Below are positions 60,396-64,000 of a DNA stretch of 64,000 nt, piece after piece. The stretch spans positions 72,389 through 136,388 of the forward strand of contig DIWW01000016.1 in the NCBI GenBank assembly GCA_002435905.1. Reading direction: 5' to 3'. Each line of letters starts with the position of its first letter. The stretch's first letter is position 1. A program made the position numbers and the translations under genes. The notes beneath the pieces are model-generated. The model saw only the letters and a program-made list of their open reading frames with translations. It had not been told where the DNA came from and searched no databases. The DNA is from Peptococcaceae bacterium UBA6096 (GTDB lineage Bacteria; Bacillota; Peptococcia; DRI-13; UBA5745).

Positions 60396-61898
60396 TTAGT
60401 TTGCCAATTCGGTTTCTTCAGCGGAAACCGTTCCGAAGATGACGCCTAGATGGCTTTCTGTAAATCCTTGAGTTACCAGGCTTACGGCCGGTACGACGAT
60501 CAGGGAAACCAGCATGGCTGCCGCACCGCCAATGGGCACCAGGGCTGCGTTAAAACCGCTGAACAGCGCCACCCCCAGACTGGTGGCCAGACCGCCCAAG
60601 GCGCCTGCCCAGGCGCCCAAACGGGTCGTCTTAGGCCAGAACAGCCCCCATAGGTAAGGTCCCAGGAAAACACCGGCCACCGTGCCCCAGGAAAGGGCCA
60701 TCAGATTGAGAATGACCGCCGGCCTTTTCAAAGCGATCAGCAGAGACAGGAAGATAAAGACAAGACATAGACTCCGTAAAAGCAGGATCTCATTGGCTTT
60801 GCTGATCTTGGGCGCCAGCTTCGGTTTGATCAGGTCCATGACAAGGGTTGAACTGGACACCAGCACCAGGGAAGACAGGGTGCTGATGGAGGCTGACAAA
60901 ATCAGCAATAAGATCAGCATGCCCAGAAACTCCGGTACGGCGGTGGCAATCACTTTCGGCATCAGCAGGTCCACAGTGGCTTTGCCTGTGGCGGGATCCA
61001 CCGGCAATTCGCTGAAGAAAAGCCGCACCACTGAACCGGAACCGTAGGCGCCGCAGCCGATGACCAGGGCGAACAAGGTAGAGATCCATGTGGCTGCCTT
61101 GATCTTCTCAACGTCTTTAATGGCAAAGAATTTTTGGACCATCTGCGGAAGACCCCAGGGACCGATGCTGGTCAGGAGGATCAAAGATACCAAGGAGATG
61201 ATGCGGGTCTTTTCAGTAGGAAAGACCATGGCCAGCTGAGGATCGATCTGACCCAGCCGGGTCAAAGCCTGTGAAAAACCGCCGACGGCCGGATTGCCGA
61301 ATAAGCGCACGATGAACAAGACGATACCGCCGATCATGATCAAGCCTAGAACAAAGTCCGTCAGCGCCACGGCCTTGTAGCCGCCCATGATCAAAAAGGC
61401 TGCGGTCACCAGCGCCATGATCGCCAAAACAATACTGTAATCGATCTGAAGAACCTCGTTGATCACATAGGATAAACCCATATAGACCGATGCGGAATAG
61501 GGCACTAAAAAGATAAAGATGATGACGGCGGCAAAGGTCTTCAATCCAGGGCTGTCAAAACGCCGGTTGAGCAGTTCCGGCATCGTCACGGCGTGGAGCC
61601 GTTCCGACATCTCCCGAGTCCGCTTGGCCATGACCTTCCATGCCAGGAAACTCCCCAGAATTGCGTTGCCTACACCGATCCAAAGGGTGGATACCCCGAA
61701 GCCCCAGCCCAATTTTCCTGCGTAACCCACAAAAATCACCGCAGAAAAATAAGTGGTACCATAGGCGAATGCTGACATCCAGGGGCCGATGGACCGTCCG
61801 CCCACCACAAAGTCCCCCACAGTGCGGGTTTGTTTCATGGAAACATAACCGCCAAACAGCAATAAAGCCAAAAAGGTACCAAACATCATTAATTTCAT
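60396..61898 (-). CDS. Sodium:solute symporter (SSS) family transporter, second copy
   Basis: 500-aa polytopic protein with GGRSIGPWMSAFAYGTTYFSAVIFVGYAG (SSS N-terminal motif). Start at MKLMMFG. Confidence 0.83.
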   Translation of the reverse strand: MKLMMFGTFLALLLFGGYVSMKQTRTVGDFVVGGRSIGPWMSAFAYGTTYFSAVIFVGYAGKLGWGFGVSTLWIGVGNAILGSFLAWKVMAKRTREMSERLHAVTMPELLNRRFDSPGLKTFAAVIIFIFLVPYSASVYMGLSYVINEVLQIDYSIVLAIMALVTAAFLIMGGYKAVALTDFVLGLIMIGGIVLFIVRLFGNPAVGGFSQALTRLGQIDPQLAMVFPTEKTRIISLVSLILLTSIGPWGLPQMVQKFFAIKDVEKIKAATWISTLFALVIGCGAYGSGSVVRLFFSELPVDPATGKATVDLLMPKVIATAVPEFLGMLILLLILSASISTLSSLVLVSSSTLVMDLIKPKLAPKISKANEILLLRSLCLVFIFLSLLIALKRPAVILNLMALSWGTVAGVFLGPYLWGLFWPKTTRLGAWAGALGGLATSLGVALFSGFNAALVPIGGAAAMLVSLIVVPAVSLVTQGFTESHLGVIFGTVSAEETELAN

Positions 61899-62165
61899 AT
61901 AGACCATCCTTCCATTCTACGTGTTCTCAAGTCCAACCGGATCCGCATGATCAAACGCTGCCTGCAAACCTGCAGACCCTATCCATGGCTCATAAGAGCC
62001 CTACTATAAAAAATAGTATATTACCCGCTGATAAAGAAATCAACCTTTTTCCATGGAATTTCAAGCAAATCAAAGGTTTCAATCCAGCCATTTATGGATA
62101 TAATGATCATAATAAGCCAGGGCGTTGTCCAATTCGGATGAACCCCCTCGCAAGGAGGCCGGAAT

Positions 62166-62573
62166 ATGAAATTCAATGGATTGATTCCCGAATTGTCTGT
62201 CTCTGATATCAATGTGTCCAAAAGCTTTTATCTCGATGTCTTAGGGTTCCACTTGGAATATGAACGGACAGCTGACAAGTTTGCTTTTCTTTCCCTAAAT
62301 GACGCCCAAATCATGATCGAAGAGGTCAACGGTCATTGGGAAACGGGGGAATTGACCCATCCCTTCGGCAGGGGGATCAATCTTCAAATCACAACAGACC
62401 ATGTTGAAAAAATAAAAAAGCGACTTGAAAACCACCAATCCCCTTTATATAAGGACGTTTTCGAGAGCCGGTACCAGTGCGGCCATGAAACCATTTGTGA
62501 AAAAGAGATCCTGGTGCAAGATCCCGATGGATATTTATTAAGATTTTCTCAAACATTGGGTGAATTGAAATAG
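62166..62573 (+). CDS. VOC/glyoxalase-bleomycin-resistance family protein
   Basis: IPELSVSDINVSKSFYLDVLGFHLEYE...ILVQDPDGYLLRF. AAGGAGG lies upstream of the ATG. Confidence 0.85.
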   Translation: MKFNGLIPELSVSDINVSKSFYLDVLGFHLEYERTADKFAFLSLNDAQIMIEEVNGHWETGELTHPFGRGINLQITTDHVEKIKKRLENHQSPLYKDVFESRYQCGHETICEKEILVQDPDGYLLRFSQTLGELK

Positions 62574-62641
62574 TAAATTCCTGTTTGAAAAAGTAACTTC
62601 CACCTTGTGGTGCTTGAGGGGTGGAATTTACTATTTCAATT
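62561..62641. repeat. 20-bp perfect inverted repeat spanning the VOC gene stop codon
   Basis: GAATTGAAATAGTAAATTCC (62561-62580) and GGAATTTACTATTTCAATTC (62622-62641) are separated by 41 nt. The spacer holds an inner hairpin, TTCCACC...GGTGGAA, that competes for the right arm. Confidence 0.8.
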
Positions 62642-62679
62642 CAGCTATCAAACATTGACGAGATAATATTATAACAGTT

Positions 62680-62710
62680 GTTGACATTATTGTTATTTCG
62701 CGCTATAATT
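62680..62710 (+). promoter_or_regulatory. Candidate promoter for the trp T-box leader
   Basis: TTGACA (62680-62685) and TATAAT (62705-62710) are both consensus hexamers, but the spacer is 19 nt. Confidence 0.45.
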
Positions 62711-62716
62711 CATAAA

Positions 62717-62991
62717 AATACAAACCGTTGAGCAAGAGAAGTACGAAAAGTCGGGTGTATCCAGAGAGCCGCCGATGGTGGGAGTGCGGCAGCACAGATT
62801 TTTCCGAATGGACTTGCGAGGGCAGCTTGAAACTGTAGGGCAGGAGTAGACGCTGACGGGAACCTCGTCCGTTATCAGTGAGGTGCATATGATGGTATGC
62901 AAAATGAGTGGATGATTTCGGTCATCAATTTGGGTGGTATCGCAGAAGTTTAAAAGCTTTTGTCCCTTAAGGGGGGCAGAAGCTTTTTTTA
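62717..62991 (+). promoter_or_regulatory. T-box riboswitch leader, tryptophan-specific (specifier UGG)
   Basis: Stem I elements are present (GCAAGAGAAGTAC, CCAGAGAG). A specifier-loop-like GAA-TGG-A places TGG at 62809-62811. The T-box sequence AATTTGGGTGGTATCGCAG lies at about 62927-62945. The terminator AAGCTTTTGTCCC-TTAA-GGGGGGCAGAAGCTT plus a T-run (62954-62990) sits directly upstream of trpE. Confidence 0.88.
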
Positions 62992-63065
62992 TTTCCCATC
63001 CGACACTCGCAAAATAATCAGAAAGGAGTTTTCATCCCATCGCTTGATGAAAATATGTGGCGAAC

Positions 63066-64000
63066 ATGATTCAACCATCTTGTGAAAAAATCGAGGAACT
63101 GGCCAAGGACTACAACACGATCCCTGTTTGCAGGGAAATCTACGCCGACGTGGTCACCCCCATCACCTTGCTGCGGAAACTCAAGCAAATCAGCCAAAAG
63201 TATTATCTTCTGGAAAGTATCGAGGGCGGGGAAAAATGGGCCCGATACTCCTTTCTCGGTTTTGACCCCATCCTTCGCGTCACCTGCAAAGACCATACGG
63301 TCACCATTGAAGGTACGGAAACCCAACGGATCCGGACGGACAAGCCCCTGGATATCTTAAGGTCTTTGCTATCAAAATACCGGGCGCCAAAGCTCAAGGA
63401 CCTTCCGCCCTTTACGGGAGGCTTTGTAGGATACTTTGCATACTCCATGATCGGTTATGCCGAGCCCACCCTTAAAATCAAACAGAGCAGCTTCAATGAT
63501 TATGATTTGATGCTCTTTGACAAAGTCATCGCTTATGACCATCTAAAGCAGAAAATCTGTATCGTTGTCAACGTGGATACAGCGCATCTTATGGAAAACT
63601 ACGGCAAGGCCGTCTCAGAGATCGAACGCATCCGCGGTCTCATCATGGATCATCGGCCGCTCCCGTCTTTGCATTCCTTGGAAAAAGCTGATTTTAATTG
63701 CAATGTCTCCAAAGACGCTTACTGCGCCATGGTAGAAAAAACCAAAGAACACATCCGGAACGGGGATATTTTCCAGGCAGTGATCTCCCGACGCTTTGAA
63801 AGCAGCTATCACGGCAGCCTGGTCAATGCCTATCGTGTTCTGCGCACCACCAACCCTTCGCCTTACATGGTTTACATGCAAATCGACGATCTGGAAATCA
63901 TGAGCGCTTCTCCCGAGACCCTGGTTCGGCTGCAGGACGGCCGTCTCTCCACCTTCCCGGTTGCAGGCTCAAGGCCAAGAGGCGCCACCCTCCAGGAGGA
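63066..64000 (+). CDS. trpE: Anthranilate synthase component I, N-terminal ~311 aa; continues beyond the window
   Basis: The frame from ATG 63066 reads MIQPSCEKIEELAKDYNTIPVCREIYADVVTPITLLRKLK...YLLESIEGGEKWARYSFLGFDP...IFQAVISRRF...NPSPYMVYMQ...SASPETLVR. An in-frame GTG at 63057 is an alternative start. It is missing from the ORF track because it is open at the edge. Confidence 0.9.
   Translation, partial: MIQPSCEKIEELAKDYNTIPVCREIYADVVTPITLLRKLKQISQKYYLLESIEGGEKWARYSFLGFDPILRVTCKDHTVTIEGTETQRIRTDKPLDILRSLLSKYRAPKLKDLPPFTGGFVGYFAYSMIGYAEPTLKIKQSSFNDYDLMLFDKVIAYDHLKQKICIVVNVDTAHLMENYGKAVSEIERIRGLIMDHRPLPSLHSLEKADFNCNVSKDAYCAMVEKTKEHIRNGDIFQAVISRRFESSYHGSLVNAYRVLRTTNPSPYMVYMQIDDLEIMSASPETLVRLQDGRLSTFPVAGSRPRGATLQE

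Noticed and set aside
1-64000. I searched for mobile elements, integrases, CRISPR arrays, and tRNA/rRNA genes that would mark the MttB or Tad regions as horizontally acquired islands.
   Set aside because: No transposase, integrase or recombinase-like translation appears in any frame. I saw no direct-repeat arrays and no tRNA-like cloverleaf. I cannot judge island status from this window alone.

Overview
This 64-kb window looks like a moderately GC-rich Firmicutes/Clostridia-type chromosome: GGAGG ribosome-binding sites, a T-box leader, and a Tad-type pilus locus without a secretin. About 60 genes are tightly packed, mostly on the minus strand. All calls come from reading the supplied ORF translations and the DNA by eye. 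No searches were run.

Left to right, the window contains:
- The fabH 5' end with a MarR/FabT-like regulator.
- A cobalamin-riboswitch-controlled cbiA-cobD-cobQ operon.
- A nested GC-rich palindromic element.
- An envelope-stress-type cluster (XpaC-like, TelA, LemA-like, TPM).
- A MarR plus heterodimeric ABC exporter operon, then queT, a 4-OT tautomerase and cca.
- An ABC ATPase / 4-repeat surface protein / FtsX-MacB permease operon.
- thrC, an exported FAD oxidoreductase with a GntR regulator, and corA.
- A Tad-like (type IVc) pilus locus.
- dtd, a GNAT gene, a DUF2156 gene and a UDG-family gene.
- A complete corrinoid-dependent methyltransferase island: a non-Pyl MttB homologue, two corrinoid proteins, an SSS importer, a PocR-AraC regulator, a reductive activase, a COG0523 GTPase, and a URO-D methyltransferase fused to a thioredoxin-like domain.
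- An MFS exporter and a TrpXYZ-type ABC importer.
- A purE-purM-purN-(IMP cyclohydrolase)-purD operon with metY-metA appended.
- yaiI, a DUF1653 gene, a nucleobase permease, a separate AICAR transformylase gene, a second SSS symporter and a VOC/glyoxalase gene.
- A Trp T-box leader in front of trpE, which is truncated at the window end.

I found no rRNA, tRNA, CRISPR array, transposase or integrase.

The most interesting candidate is the MttB/corrinoid island (34.0-45.4 kb). I cannot assign either its substrate or its methyl acceptor to a described system. Secondary candidates are the Tad-like locus with a Cys-rich chimeric pseudopilin, the ABC/surface-protein operon, and a family of GC-rich palindromic elements.
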